IMG/VR virus record: IMGVR_UViG_3300027734_000092
Span: 1-54,079 of that record
Origin: a virus
Lineage: Duplodnaviria; Caudoviricetes
Length of the DNA: 54,079 nt
Direction: 5' to 3' (one strand)
Part shown: in pieces, positions 1-7,986 of the stretch
Numbering within the stretch: the stretch's first letter is position 1
How the letters are laid out: each line of letters begins with the position of its first letter
Program-made: the position numbers and the translations under genes
Notes under the pieces: model-generated
The model's input: the letters and a program-made list of their open reading frames with translations, nothing else
Databases searched by the model: none
Told to the model about the DNA's origin: nothing

Positions 1-3
1 CTT

Positions 4-30
4 AAGCTCTATTCGTAGGGCTTTTATTTT
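4..30 (+). terminator. Probable intrinsic terminator
   Basis: AAGCTCTA-TTCG-TAGGGCTT hairpin followed by a T-rich run. Confidence 0.5.
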
Positions 31-208
31 GACCGACCTAATAGTAGCGACAAAAAAAATCCTACGCAAATTTTTCATAAGACCAAGATCTCGGCCCCTG
101 GTGATTACATCTAATGGGGGGTATTTACGGCATGCGCTTGCTTGCGCTTGCTTTGTTAGTTGTTGTTAGTGACCGGCCACCCCCCTGGGTACCCCGGCCA
201 CCGACCGC

Positions 209-526
209 TCATACTTCGCCGTCAAGTTCCTTAAGGTCGCTAGGCGCATACACATCAAAGCCTTCGTTCTCCAGTTCCTCTACAGCCGCATTAAAGTCTG
301 ACATCAGCTGACGGAGTGCGTCCGCTTTGCGTGTGTCCTTGTGCCGCTTGCGTAGTGCGCTACCCTTTACGTACATAAGAGCATAGTGCTCTGTACAGTA
401 GAGCGTACCGTTAGCTAGATCATGCTTGCCACAGTAAGGGCTAGGCCCTGTGTGTGAGCGTGCATCGTAGCTAGGGCCTAGGTATGTACAGCCGTAGGGC
501 TTAAGGACTGCATAGTCTTCGTTCAT
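209..526 (-). CDS. Hypothetical protein with Cys/His motif resembling the GcrA C-terminal region
   Basis: CTYLGP...YCGK...LYCTEH pattern; directly downstream of the AAA+ gene. Confidence 0.4.
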   Translation of the reverse strand: MNEDYAVLKPYGCTYLGPSYDARSHTGPSPYCGKHDLANGTLYCTEHYALMYVKGSALRKRHKDTRKADALRQLMSDFNAAVEELENEGFDVYAPSDLKELDGEV

Positions 527-527
527 A

Positions 528-1400
528 TTATACTCGCTTCATACATGTAGTCTTAGCCATAGCCTTCCAGCTGGTAGGAAAGCTCTTGCGCAGGTCTGCT
601 ATCTTGAGCACCATGCGCAAGCTCAGCTCACGCAACTTGGTCTTGTTCTCATCGATGAATGCTACGATCTCATCCTTGACACAGTCTTCAAACTCATATG
701 TGTCCAGCATGCCTGCTTCATTAACCACTTGCTTGATGCGCAGGATCTTCTCACGCTCTGTGTCCATCTGTAGGTCGATGTAGTGGCAACGTGACTCCAG
801 TGCATCCAAGTGATCACGCAACTTCTTTGAACGAACGTGCTCGAACTTGATGTTGGTAATAAAGATCGCGGCCCCTTTGAACTCAAACTTGTCTGGGATG
901 CCTTCTGAGCGTAGCAGGCGGCTGTCAGTGTTCCAAGCGATAGTACGCTTCTTAGAGCTGTCTAAGGCACCCTTAAGGATGTTCAGTGATAGCTCGTCCA
1001 TAAGCACAGAGTCGCAGTCATCGAACACGATAACGTTCTTGGCGTCTGCAAACTCGTACAGCTTTGCATAGAGTCCAAGTGCTGACATAGCACCTTTGAC
1101 GATTTCATAACGTGGCTTGCGCTCACCTAGCACATCAAACAGGCCGTCCTTTGACAGTACTTCTTCAACACCAAAGCTCTTGCCAACGCCTGGAGGGCCG
1201 CTGACAATCATAGCACGTACATCGCCTGACTTGACAGCTTTGGTCATCTCAGTGAGGATCTCAAAGCGTTCGCCCAAACGTTCCAGAATCTCTGCGTCAG
1301 ACTCCTTGGCAACTTCGAGCTCACGCTTCTTGATCGCATCGGTATCAAACTCTAGTACTGTAGTAGCGGGCATTGCCTTTTTTGCTTTTGCTGTAGCCAT
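528..1400 (-). CDS. AAA+ family P-loop ATPase
   Basis: Walker A GPPGVGKS, Walker B VIVFDDCD, sensor/Arg-finger-like ITN and ALESR; own promoter upstream. Confidence 0.85.
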   Translation of the reverse strand: MATAKAKKAMPATTVLEFDTDAIKKRELEVAKESDAEILERLGERFEILTEMTKAVKSGDVRAMIVSGPPGVGKSFGVEEVLSKDGLFDVLGERKPRYEIVKGAMSALGLYAKLYEFADAKNVIVFDDCDSVLMDELSLNILKGALDSSKKRTIAWNTDSRLLRSEGIPDKFEFKGAAIFITNIKFEHVRSKKLRDHLDALESRCHYIDLQMDTEREKILRIKQVVNEAGMLDTYEFEDCVKDEIVAFIDENKTKLRELSLRMVLKIADLRKSFPTSWKAMAKTTCMKRV

Positions 1401-1433
1401 TTGTGTGTGTCCTTTGTTAACGTTTAAATGTGT

Positions 1434-1462
1434 ATTATATGGTCTTTACTTGAGGTTGTCAA
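1434..1462 (-). promoter_or_regulatory. sigma70-type early promoter
   Basis: TTGACA-17-TATAAT. Confidence 0.85.
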
Positions 1463-1667
1463 GCATTAATTTTACCGAATCATCGATTGATTCGCACTCG
1501 TCGATCACAGCCAATTGCATCATCTCGATCACAGTTTCTGCATCGCGGCGAGTCAGTGGCTCCAAGCTGGCAATAAAGCGGAGTGCATCCGCTTTAGAGT
1601 TCATCAACCAAAGCACATCAGCGATTGCTCGCTGACGCTTGTTGAGTCCTTGAATTTCGATGCTCAT
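1446..1667 (-). CDS. Hypothetical protein
   Basis: 73-aa ORF, ATGA overlap with upstream gene. Confidence 0.7.
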   Translation of the reverse strand: MSIEIQGLNKRQRAIADVLWLMNSKADALRFIASLEPLTRRDAETVIEMMQLAVIDECESIDDSVKLMLDNLK

Positions 1668-1957
1668 GCCAATTCCTTTTCTTCAACTAGGGTCAGCATG
1701 TTGGCAGGCACCTTCCAGCTCCCCCAACCGGGTACCGAGACTGTCACATACTTGATGGCGATCTTAGTCACAGTGCCCACCATAGTACGACCAGTCTTGC
1801 TGGATGTAAACTTGACCATCTGCCCAGGCTTGAGCGTGTTCTTGACGTCTTTGGTAAGCTGGCCACGTGCCCACTTGACTGCATCGATCATGCTGGACAA
1901 CTCAGTGTTGGTCCAAGTGCCAAACATGATGGCGGTGTTGATTTGCTTGATATCCAT
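1664..1957 (-). CDS. Hypothetical protein, SH3-like C-terminus
   Basis: GGAG RBS; LKPGQMVKF...GTVTKI...WKVP pattern. Confidence 0.7.
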   Translation of the reverse strand: MDIKQINTAIMFGTWTNTELSSMIDAVKWARGQLTKDVKNTLKPGQMVKFTSSKTGRTMVGTVTKIAIKYVTVSVPGWGSWKVPANMLTLVEEKELA

Positions 1958-1967
1958 TTGGGGCTCC

Positions 1968-2096
1968 TTACTTGGCTAGTTCAGTGGATTGAGTTTTAAC
2001 TTGGTCAACGCCTTTGTCCAGCATCTTAGCAATGCCGCTGAAGCCAACGGTAGCAAGAACTAGACCAAATACTGTACCAATGATAAATGCTTTCAT
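1968..2096 (-). CDS. Small membrane protein (42 aa, not in ORF track)
   Basis: MKAFIIGTVFGLVLATVGFSGIAKMLDKGVDQVKTQSTELAK, preceded by promoter and GGAG. Confidence 0.7.
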   Translation of the reverse strand: MKAFIIGTVFGLVLATVGFSGIAKMLDKGVDQVKTQSTELAK

Positions 2097-2123
2097 GTCG
2101 CTCTCCTAAGTGTTTAAGTGTGT

Positions 2124-2152
2124 AGTATACAATCAAATGTCGCGGCTGTCAA
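2124..2152 (-). promoter_or_regulatory. sigma70-type early promoter
   Basis: TTGACA-17-TATACT followed by ACACACTTAAACACTTAGGAG leader. Confidence 0.85.
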
Positions 2153-2321
2153 GTACCCGTGTTGCTAGCAAGCCACAGTAGCTGGTCAGCAGGCCCACAA
2201 TAGCAACGAACATGCTACCCAACAGTTCTGTGTCAGTTTGGCTAACTTCGATGCCGCCCACACCAGCAAAGGTGATCAGGAAACCCACGAAGATCAAAAA
2301 TGTTGCGCCTTCTTTATTCAT
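2133..2321 (-). CDS. Small two-TM membrane protein
   Basis: Start reassigned to MNKEG after GGAG; two hydrophobic segments. Confidence 0.7.
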   Translation of the reverse strand: MNKEGATFLIFVGFLITFAGVGGIEVSQTDTELLGSMFVAIVGLLTSYCGLLATRVLDSRDI

Positions 2322-2347
2322 ATCAGCTCCTAAGTGTTTAAGTGTGT

Positions 2348-2376
2348 AGTATAGCACCAATTTACCAGTCTGTCAA
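2348..2376 (-). promoter_or_regulatory. sigma70-type early promoter
   Basis: TTGACA-17-TATACT plus shared leader. Confidence 0.85.
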
Positions 2377-2397
2377 CCCCGGGCGGAATAACCCTAC

Positions 2398-2652
2398 TCA
2401 ATCCCAGGACTTTTTGCCCCCAAATCGCTCGTTGTAGTCGTAGCCCGCTAGGTAAGCATCGATCTGTTCTGCAGTCATTTCACGCACCCCAACTTCGGTG
2501 TCAGAATAGCTTTCACCCCGGTAGTAGTGAGGATCTCTAGGACGGCTGTACCAACTGTCGGCACTACCGCGATCAAACGGTCCACCATGTCGGCTATCGT
2601 ACTTGACGCCGTTGAACTCGATAACGCAGAACTTGTCTTCTTGTAACATCAT
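2398..2652 (-). CDS. Hypothetical phage protein
   Basis: RHGGPFDRGSADSWY motif; coupled to upstream ORF. Confidence 0.7.
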   Translation of the reverse strand: MMLQEDKFCVIEFNGVKYDSRHGGPFDRGSADSWYSRPRDPHYYRGESYSDTEVGVREMTAEQIDAYLAGYDYNERFGGKKSWD

Positions 2653-2984
2653 ACAGTCTCCATGTCTAAGGTTAAACGGGTTGCTGGGTAGGCAATGCGC
2701 CCTTCGTAGTCCAACTGACTCTGCTCAAAGTCAGTGAGGTAGTCGTCTGCTACCACTTCCCAACCGATGATGTATTCGCGGAAGCCTTCGTTGTCTACAT
2801 CAATCTGGCCACGGAAGAACTCTACCAACTCAGCTAGGGCCTCTGCATTACGAGCAACAGAACCCAAGTCATACTTATAATCGTTGCCGCCTTTGAACTT
2901 CCAGTACTGTGGGCAAGCACCTGTGCCGTCCCAATCGTGGGCACCGTAGTTTTCCTGGATTTGTGTAGTGATTAGTAATTGCAT
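2649..2984 (-). CDS. Hypothetical phage protein
   Basis: Start reassigned to MQLLITTQ after GGAG; ENYGAHDWDG...PQYWKFKGG motif. Confidence 0.75.
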   Translation of the reverse strand: MQLLITTQIQENYGAHDWDGTGACPQYWKFKGGNDYKYDLGSVARNAEALAELVEFFRGQIDVDNEGFREYIIGWEVVADDYLTDFEQSQLDYEGRIAYPATRLTLDMETV

Positions 2985-3015
2985 ATGGGCTCCTGTTTTG
3001 CTAGTGTATGTGTAT

Positions 3016-3044
3016 ATTATACGGCCGGTTTTACCTTTTGTCAA
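3016..3044 (-). promoter_or_regulatory. sigma70-type early promoter
   Basis: TTGACA-17-TATAAT. Confidence 0.85.
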
Positions 3045-3241
3045 CCCCTAATTGCAGTAAAGATCGACTGTTGTAAATCTGCCACTTCGTCACGCTCGAC
3101 GTAGAAGTCTGTACGTGGATCCCAGTACTCGCCTGCTTTGGCATCATAGTACAGCACACGGCCGTTGGGATAGTGGAAAGGGCCTTCAAGTCCTAGACGT
3201 GGACCGTATTCCTGATTGTGTTTGAAAACCGTGTAAGCCAT
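3041..3241 (-). CDS. Hypothetical phage protein
   Basis: LEGPF...VLYYD..AGEYWDP motif; promoter and RBS upstream. Confidence 0.75.
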   Translation of the reverse strand: MAYTVFKHNQEYGPRLGLEGPFHYPNGRVLYYDAKAGEYWDPRTDFYVERDEVADLQQSIFTAIRG

Positions 3242-3266
3242 ATGCCGCTCTCCTTAGTGTCTGTGT

Positions 3267-3295
3267 AGTATAGCATCGGTTTTGCCTTTTGTCAA
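3267..3295 (-). promoter_or_regulatory. sigma70-type early promoter
   Basis: TTGACA-17-TATACT. Confidence 0.85.
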
Positions 3296-3414
3296 CCGGG
3301 GAGTGCCGGGGTGTTGTGAAAATACAACAAGGTGAACCCCACCGTATTTCACAATAGGGCGGGGTTCGGGGGTTGCCTAGGGACACTACCCCCTAGGACT
3401 TTGGAGCGACTGGA

Positions 3415-3693
3415 TTAGCCGTTGAGCGACATGCCCATTGACTTAGCAAGGTAACCAAGTGCAACGATTTCACGTGATGGGCGACCCAACTCGTATTCTG
3501 TTACGGTAGCATTGTTACCAGCAACACGGCTGTTGGCATAGACTGCGTAGCCTGCTTGGCGGATGCGGCTTGCTTCTGCCGACAAGTTCTTAACGCCGAA
3601 ACGCTTAAGAGCTTGGCTTGATGTCAACTTCTCACCAGCTTGGAGAGCTGAGAAAATCTTACCTGTTTTGGTTTCTAGATTGATTCTTTTCAT
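3415..3693 (-). CDS. Putative winged-helix DNA-binding protein
   Basis: Start MKRINL; LTSSQALKRFGVKNLSAEASRIRQAGY is HTH-like. Confidence 0.55.
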   Translation of the reverse strand: MKRINLETKTGKIFSALQAGEKLTSSQALKRFGVKNLSAEASRIRQAGYAVYANSRVAGNNATVTEYELGRPSREIVALGYLAKSMGMSLNG

Positions 3694-3737
3694 TTTTATG
3701 TTTCCTCTGTGTTTTGCTGTTCTCACAGCGTGTTACT

Positions 3738-3766
3738 ATTATACTGCCTAACCGAGCCCTTGTCTA
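3738..3766 (-). promoter_or_regulatory. sigma70-type promoter
   Basis: TAGACA-17-TATAAT. Confidence 0.65.
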
Positions 3767-4185
3767 GCCTTTTGGAGAGATTCGTTACGGGCCATTTCCC
3801 AAGCACGGTCTAGGTTGTTAGTGGTATAACCAAACCTATCGGTCAGCATATCAGCGATATTGCTGAACAAGGGCATCTGCAGACCCATTTCAACAGATCC
3901 TTCCCACCAACTGTAATCAATAGGAGGTTGTGGGCTCTGCTTGGTTACCTGCCGTAGACCTATCTCTTGGAGCCTAACACTCTGCTTCCACTTGCGTAGT
4001 AGTGTCTGCTCAATCATCGTCCAGTAGTTCTGTGCCCAAGGCCTCTTGGCCGACTTGACCATCTTACGGGCACGATCAAGTCGCTGACCTAACAGTTCGA
4101 TCTCATCGCTAGAATAAGCCCAATCCTTAAAGTGAATTAAGGATTCGAGCTCTGACTTAGCCTTTCTTGATCGACACATTAGCAC
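3748..4185 (-). CDS. Hypothetical protein
   Basis: 145-aa ORF in the co-oriented block; start uncertain. Confidence 0.6.
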   Translation of the reverse strand: MLMCRSRKAKSELESLIHFKDWAYSSDEIELLGQRLDRARKMVKSAKRPWAQNYWTMIEQTLLRKWKQSVRLQEIGLRQVTKQSPQPPIDYSWWEGSVEMGLQMPLFSNIADMLTDRFGYTTNNLDRAWEMARNESLQKARQGLG

Positions 4186-4351
4186 GGAAGAACGCTCCTA
4201 AGATAATTACAGCCAACCAGGTGTAGAAATCATAAGGTATAGCCGCGGCCGGGAATAGTGTGTTGAAGGCCCAAATAGTTAGCAGTGGCCCGATCGCAAG
4301 GACCAGAACAACCAACGCAATAAGACCTAGAACGGTTATAAAACTCTTCAT
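4157..4351 (-). CDS. Small membrane protein
   Basis: Hydrophobic 64 aa; GGAG RBS. Confidence 0.7.
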   Translation of the reverse strand: MKSFITVLGLIALVVLVLAIGPLLTIWAFNTLFPAAAIPYDFYTWLAVIILGAFFRANVSIKKG

Positions 4352-4367
4352 AGATTAACTCCGAAAT

Positions 4368-4389
4368 CGGGGCACTTTGAAATGCCCCG
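4368..4389. terminator. Intergenic hairpin, possible terminator
   Basis: CGGGGCA-8-TGCCCCG just after a stop codon; weak U-tract. Confidence 0.4.
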
Positions 4390-4394
4390 TTATA

Positions 4395-4790
4395 TTACAT
4401 CAACGCTTCGCCGACTTCTTTAGTCAAAGCCTCGATAGCACTTGCTTGCGACTGCACAGGCGCTTTGGTAGTCTTCACTACCGGAGTCTTCGTTGCTTTG
4501 GCAGGAGCCTTAGCAACAGGCTTAGAGACCTTAGCCTTTGGTGCAGTAATACCGCGCTTATCAGCCGCGGCCTCCAATGCGGCACGGACAGCCTTGTTAC
4601 CGTTGTCGAAATCAATCTTCAACAGGAACGCAACAGCATCTTCTTTAGTCATTGGGTTCTTCAACTCAATGATATCGATGTCCTTGTGACCATTCTTAGC
4701 AAGTACTTTGACTCGCATCATATCATTGGCGAAACGAACTTTGAATTCGCCGTTGAGCTTAGAAACGCCTGCATGTGAATAAACTGACAT
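4395..4790 (-). CDS. Hypothetical protein with Lys/Ala/Pro-rich histone-like tail
   Basis: KAKVSKPVAKAPAKATKTP tail; GAGG RBS. Confidence 0.75.
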   Translation of the reverse strand: MSVYSHAGVSKLNGEFKVRFANDMMRVKVLAKNGHKDIDIIELKNPMTKEDAVAFLLKIDFDNGNKAVRAALEAAADKRGITAPKAKVSKPVAKAPAKATKTPVVKTTKAPVQSQASAIEALTKEVGEALM

Positions 4791-4838
4791 AATTTACCTC
4801 TTTCTGTGTGTATGTTAGAACAATCTCTAACTGTTAAT

Positions 4839-4867
4839 AGTATAGCACCAAAGTGCCCAATTGTCAA
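4839..4867 (-). promoter_or_regulatory. sigma70-type early promoter
   Basis: TTGACA-17-TATACT. Confidence 0.85.
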
Positions 4868-4870
4868 CCC

Positions 4871-5062
4871 CTAACTGTTCATTGTTTGGTAAGGGCCAAA
4901 CTCTTCCTGTGGCGTTTCTACAACACCATTGATCTCCATCCAAGCATAGACGTACTCAACTGGTATGTCCAATGTCTTGGCAATGTTCTTCTCCGTCAAG
5001 CCCTCGATATAGAGTTGCTCGATGTCGTATGCATACATATCCAACTCGGCCATTTTACTCAT
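4871..5062 (-). CDS. Small HTH-like protein
   Basis: GLTEKNIAKTLDIPVEYV resembles an HTH. Confidence 0.55.
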   Translation of the reverse strand: MSKMAELDMYAYDIEQLYIEGLTEKNIAKTLDIPVEYVYAWMEINGVVETPQEEFGPYQTMNS

Positions 5063-5112
5063 TTGGTTTTTCCTTTAGAAGTTGTTGAACCATCCACTCA
5101 ATTACTTTGCTA

Positions 5113-5379
5113 TCATTCATCAAAGGCCTCCTCGCCCATTTCAGTTACTGTTTCTGTTACCACACCCAAATCGATGATGCGGGCTGTTTGATCTTCATTG
5201 CTTACACCTTGGAAGGCAGTACGGAACGACTGGTACTCTCCCAAGAAGTCAAACACATCAAGCCTATCCCACGACTCAGGGACTTCAAGTTCCTGCATCA
5301 GCTCTGTACGCACAATGACTTTCTTTGTGCCTTCTAGTTTAGCACGGGCCGAAGCCCGCTTGCTTTCAAAGCCTGTCAT
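5113..5379 (-). CDS. Hypothetical protein
   Basis: 88 aa; TAATG coupling to upstream gene. Confidence 0.65.
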   Translation of the reverse strand: MTGFESKRASARAKLEGTKKVIVRTELMQELEVPESWDRLDVFDFLGEYQSFRTAFQGVSNEDQTARIIDLGVVTETVTEMGEEAFDE

Positions 5380-5870
5380 TATGCAAACTCCTCTTCTTTA
5401 GCCTTAGCCTTTAGCGCAGTTGCCAAACGCTTCCAAGCGCCAGCACTACCCTTCTTGTAGAACCACTTGCCTGCTTGCTGATCTGCATCATAGCGGAACA
5501 AGTAGTAGTACTCAGCACCGCAATGCTCGTAATGTGTCACTGCCTCTTTGGCTGTGTCAAATCGTTTGTACTGTGTACCCTTCTCCTCGCGATCGCGTCC
5601 GTAAAAGGTAGTCATGTCGCCGTAGAGCTTATCGTAAGCATCGCCGTCCATTGGAACTTCCAACTTGCTAAAGGCGTGCTTCTCACCAATCTCTGGACGG
5701 AGCGAGCTGATGTCGCCCAGGGCAATGAGGTTGTTGACTTTGGGGCTTGCGGCATAGTGCTCGTTGAGGATAGCGCCGTTGTGCTCAATATAACCGTCCC
5801 AGTGGCAGTAGACTGCCTTGACTGCTTTGGTATTTGGATTTTCAATACCAATCATGCTTCGTGTTCCCAT
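5379..5870 (-). CDS. Hypothetical phage early protein
   Basis: MGTRS...VYCHWDGY motif; promoter and RBS. Confidence 0.75.
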   Translation of the reverse strand: MGTRSMIGIENPNTKAVKAVYCHWDGYIEHNGAILNEHYAASPKVNNLIALGDISSLRPEIGEKHAFSKLEVPMDGDAYDKLYGDMTTFYGRDREEKGTQYKRFDTAKEAVTHYEHCGAEYYYLFRYDADQQAGKWFYKKGSAGAWKRLATALKAKAKEEEFA

Positions 5871-5897
5871 TTCAGCTCCTTAAGTGTTTAAGTGTAT

Positions 5898-5926
5898 AGT
5901 ATAACACCAATTTACCAGTTTGTCAA
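5898..5926 (-). promoter_or_regulatory. sigma70-type early promoter
   Basis: TTGACA-17-TATACT plus shared leader. Confidence 0.85.
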
Positions 5927-6135
5927 CCATCGATCCAACAATCCCTGGCTAACTGTGTGGTTATTGTGTCCCCACCGATGTAGTCCCCAGAGAAGCCGTT
6001 GTTATTTTGCAACACCAAGCTCACGCCAATGTAGCTCTTTTTGATCTCTACAATTTTGCCTGACTGCTCTATGTCTGACTTGAAGCCCACGTAGTCTCCT
6101 ACGCTGACCTCTTGTCCCTCAACAAGTGCTTTCAT
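5923..6135 (-). CDS. Hypothetical protein, SH3-like
   Basis: Start MKALVE; VGDYVGFKSDIEQSGKI. Confidence 0.7.
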   Translation of the reverse strand: MKALVEGQEVSVGDYVGFKSDIEQSGKIVEIKKSYIGVSLVLQNNNGFSGDYIGGDTITTQLARDCWIDG

Positions 6136-6473
6136 TGTGCGTCCTCGCTTTCGCACTCTCCGTCAAACTCCATAAGATTTTCGATAGCGTCTGCAACACG
6201 ATCCGACTCTGTTGTGTAGAAAGTAAACTCGCCTAGCGTAGTGCGACCTTCGCCTTCTTTAATGTATTCGAAGCCACCGTAGTAGTCCAAACGCGAACCT
6301 GTGTACGACACAATCGTATCTTCGTCAACATACAACATACCGCAACGCTCGTCAAGGCCTAAACGGCTTGCGGGCTCTTTGCGCATACCCTGCACATGAC
6401 GGCTTACCACTTCGTTAATTGCATCCAGCAAGTCTGCGGAACTGTCAAATTCTGTGTCTGTAAAAAATCCCAT
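6132..6473 (-). CDS. Hypothetical acidic protein
   Basis: 113 aa; promoter and RBS. Confidence 0.7.
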   Translation of the reverse strand: MGFFTDTEFDSSADLLDAINEVVSRHVQGMRKEPASRLGLDERCGMLYVDEDTIVSYTGSRLDYYGGFEYIKEGEGRTTLGEFTFYTTESDRVADAIENLMEFDGECESEDAQ

Positions 6474-6500
6474 TTCGCTCTCCTAAGTGTTTAAGTGTGT

Positions 6501-6529
6501 AGTATAGCACCAATTTACCAATCTGTCAA
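6501..6529 (-). promoter_or_regulatory. sigma70-type early promoter
   Basis: TTGACA-17-TATACT plus shared leader. Confidence 0.85.
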
Positions 6530-6532
6530 CCC

Positions 6533-6730
6533 CTATTGTGCAAATATTTCCTTGCTAAGAATCTCGTCTTCTACAATTTGGTGGCAAGAGTTAAGGGTAA
6601 ATTGCATGATGAGATATGCAGTAGCTTTGGCCTCTGTAGGCATCATCTCAATGTATGCCTGTATTTCTGCAAGAGACTTCGTTGCAAAGAGTCCGCTACG
6701 GGGAATTGGGTTGTTTACGATATTGTACAT
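6533..6730 (-). CDS. Hypothetical protein
   Basis: 65 aa; promoter and RBS. Confidence 0.7.
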   Translation of the reverse strand: MYNIVNNPIPRSGLFATKSLAEIQAYIEMMPTEAKATAYLIMQFTLNSCHQIVEDEILSKEIFAQ

Positions 6731-6757
6731 GTGTCGCTCTCCTTAGTGTATGTGTAT

Positions 6758-6786
6758 ATTATAGCACAGGTTTTACCATTTGTCAA
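6758..6786 (-). promoter_or_regulatory. sigma70-type early promoter
   Basis: TTGACA-17-TATAAT. Confidence 0.85.
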
Positions 6787-6787
6787 C

Positions 6788-6816
6788 CAAAGACCCTACA
6801 CACAGTAGGGTCTTTG
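6788..6816. repeat. Perfect 12-bp inverted repeat (best copy of the ACCCT-N9-AGGGT palindrome)
   Basis: CAAAGACCCTAC-ACACA-GTAGGGTCTTTG. Confidence 0.8.
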
Positions 6817-6824
6817 TTGTTTAA

Positions 6825-7208
6825 TTACAACTCCATGCTCGCATAGCCGTCGTCTTGCATACCTTGTTCTGTAAAGCTAACGTCTGTCCCCAGCAAAGCA
6901 CTAATCGCATCGCTAAAACCGCTGTCCGTATACATACGCCAGCTCCCCTCTACTTCACTACCGTCTACACCGTCTACGTTATAGCAAACTGCAATGTGTA
7001 TGCTAGTGTCGCCACTGCCATCGCCGTAGTCTGTCTCGCTAATGTGTATGCTTGTAACTGTAACTGTCTCTAGCTCGCAGTCCCATATGCTGTCGCCTGC
7101 AAGTTGCACTTCTACGTTGCACTTGTACTCTGTGTTAGTAGTGTCGTCCTCTACTTCTGTGCTTACAAAAGTTAGTTTGTCGCTTACGTTAAATGTCGTT
7201 GCTTGCAT
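6825..7208 (-). CDS. Very acidic, proline-free hypothetical protein
   Basis: Start MQATTF after GGAG; about 26 D/E vs 3 K/R in 127 aa. Confidence 0.75.
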   Translation of the reverse strand: MQATTFNVSDKLTFVSTEVEDDTTNTEYKCNVEVQLAGDSIWDCELETVTVTSIHISETDYGDGSGDTSIHIAVCYNVDGVDGSEVEGSWRMYTDSGFSDAISALLGTDVSFTEQGMQDDGYASMEL

Positions 7209-7234
7209 ATTCGCTCCTAAGTGTTTAAGTGTGT

Positions 7235-7263
7235 AGTATAGCACAGTTTTTACCATTTGTCAA
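7235..7263 (-). promoter_or_regulatory. sigma70-type early promoter
   Basis: TTGACA-17-TATACT plus shared leader. Confidence 0.85.
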
Positions 7264-7295
7264 GTGCTGTGCTAATAACCCTGCTGTGTGTAGTG

Positions 7296-7472
7296 TTAAT
7301 CTATGTAGTAGTCAACCATTTGCACTAGTTCCGCATGTGTGTTAAACATCTCGTCACCCCATCGTGTGCCCGCTATTTGCTCGCCTTCGCAAGTTGCTTC
7401 TAGCAATAGTGTCTCCACTTGTGCAAGTAATTTAAAAATCTCCGCCTTTGCGTCTACATACTGTATTGTCAT
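7296..7472 (-). CDS. Small acidic hypothetical protein
   Basis: Start MTIQYV, TAATG-coupled to the upstream ORF. Confidence 0.65.
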   Translation of the reverse strand: MTIQYVDAKAEIFKLLAQVETLLLEATCEGEQIAGTRWGDEMFNTHAELVQMVDYYID

Positions 7473-7633
7473 TATACTTCCCCATCTGTTAATTCCCAAC
7501 CGTTTAGTTCCGTTGCATATACATTGTCCGCATATATGTCAACTGTGTCTGCAATAGCGTCTGCTTCTGCTTGCGTTTCTGCGTCTATGTGCAAATAATG
7601 TGTTTGTGTTTGTTTGTATACAAATGTCTGCAT
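7472..7633 (-). CDS. Small acidic hypothetical protein (53 aa, not in ORF track)
   Basis: MQTFVYKQTQTHYLHIDAETQAEADAIADTVDIYADNVYATELNGWELTDGEV; AGGAG RBS. Confidence 0.7.
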   Translation of the reverse strand: MQTFVYKQTQTHYLHIDAETQAEADAIADTVDIYADNVYATELNGWELTDGEV

Positions 7634-7642
7634 GTTTACTCC

Positions 7643-7912
7643 TTATGCTAAATCTGCTTTTACACGTACATAAGTTCCGCCCCATGTGCGTGTTATGTAA
7701 TCTCTAGCAACACAAGTCTGTGTTACTTCGTTTGCACAAGTAGCACGTAAATAGTTTGCTAAAGTGTCCGCATCCTGTGCATTGCTAAAACAAAATACTA
7801 CTGTACGTCTTTTGCTTGTTTTGTCTTTTTTATTTGTCCTGTCCGTATAACTTGCGCTTACGTTACTTACATTACGTGCTAATGCACGTATTTGCTTTGT
7901 GTTAAACAACAT
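7643..7912 (-). CDS. Basic hypothetical protein
   Basis: 89 aa, no Pro; promoter and RBS. Confidence 0.7.
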   Translation of the reverse strand: MLFNTKQIRALARNVSNVSASYTDRTNKKDKTSKRRTVVFCFSNAQDADTLANYLRATCANEVTQTCVARDYITRTWGGTYVRVKADLA

Positions 7913-7938
7913 ACTGCTCCTTTAGTGTTTAAGTGTGT

Positions 7939-7967
7939 AGTATAGCACACATTGTCCAAAATGTCAA
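7939..7967 (-). promoter_or_regulatory. sigma70-type early promoter
   Basis: TTGACA-17-TATACT plus shared leader. Confidence 0.85.
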
Positions 7968-7986
7968 GTGTGCTGTAAAATAACCC

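Noticed and set aside
31-208. Low-complexity repeats (GCGCTTGCTT x2, TGTTAGT x2, CCGGCCACC x2)
   Set aside because: Too short and too near the window edge to assign a function.
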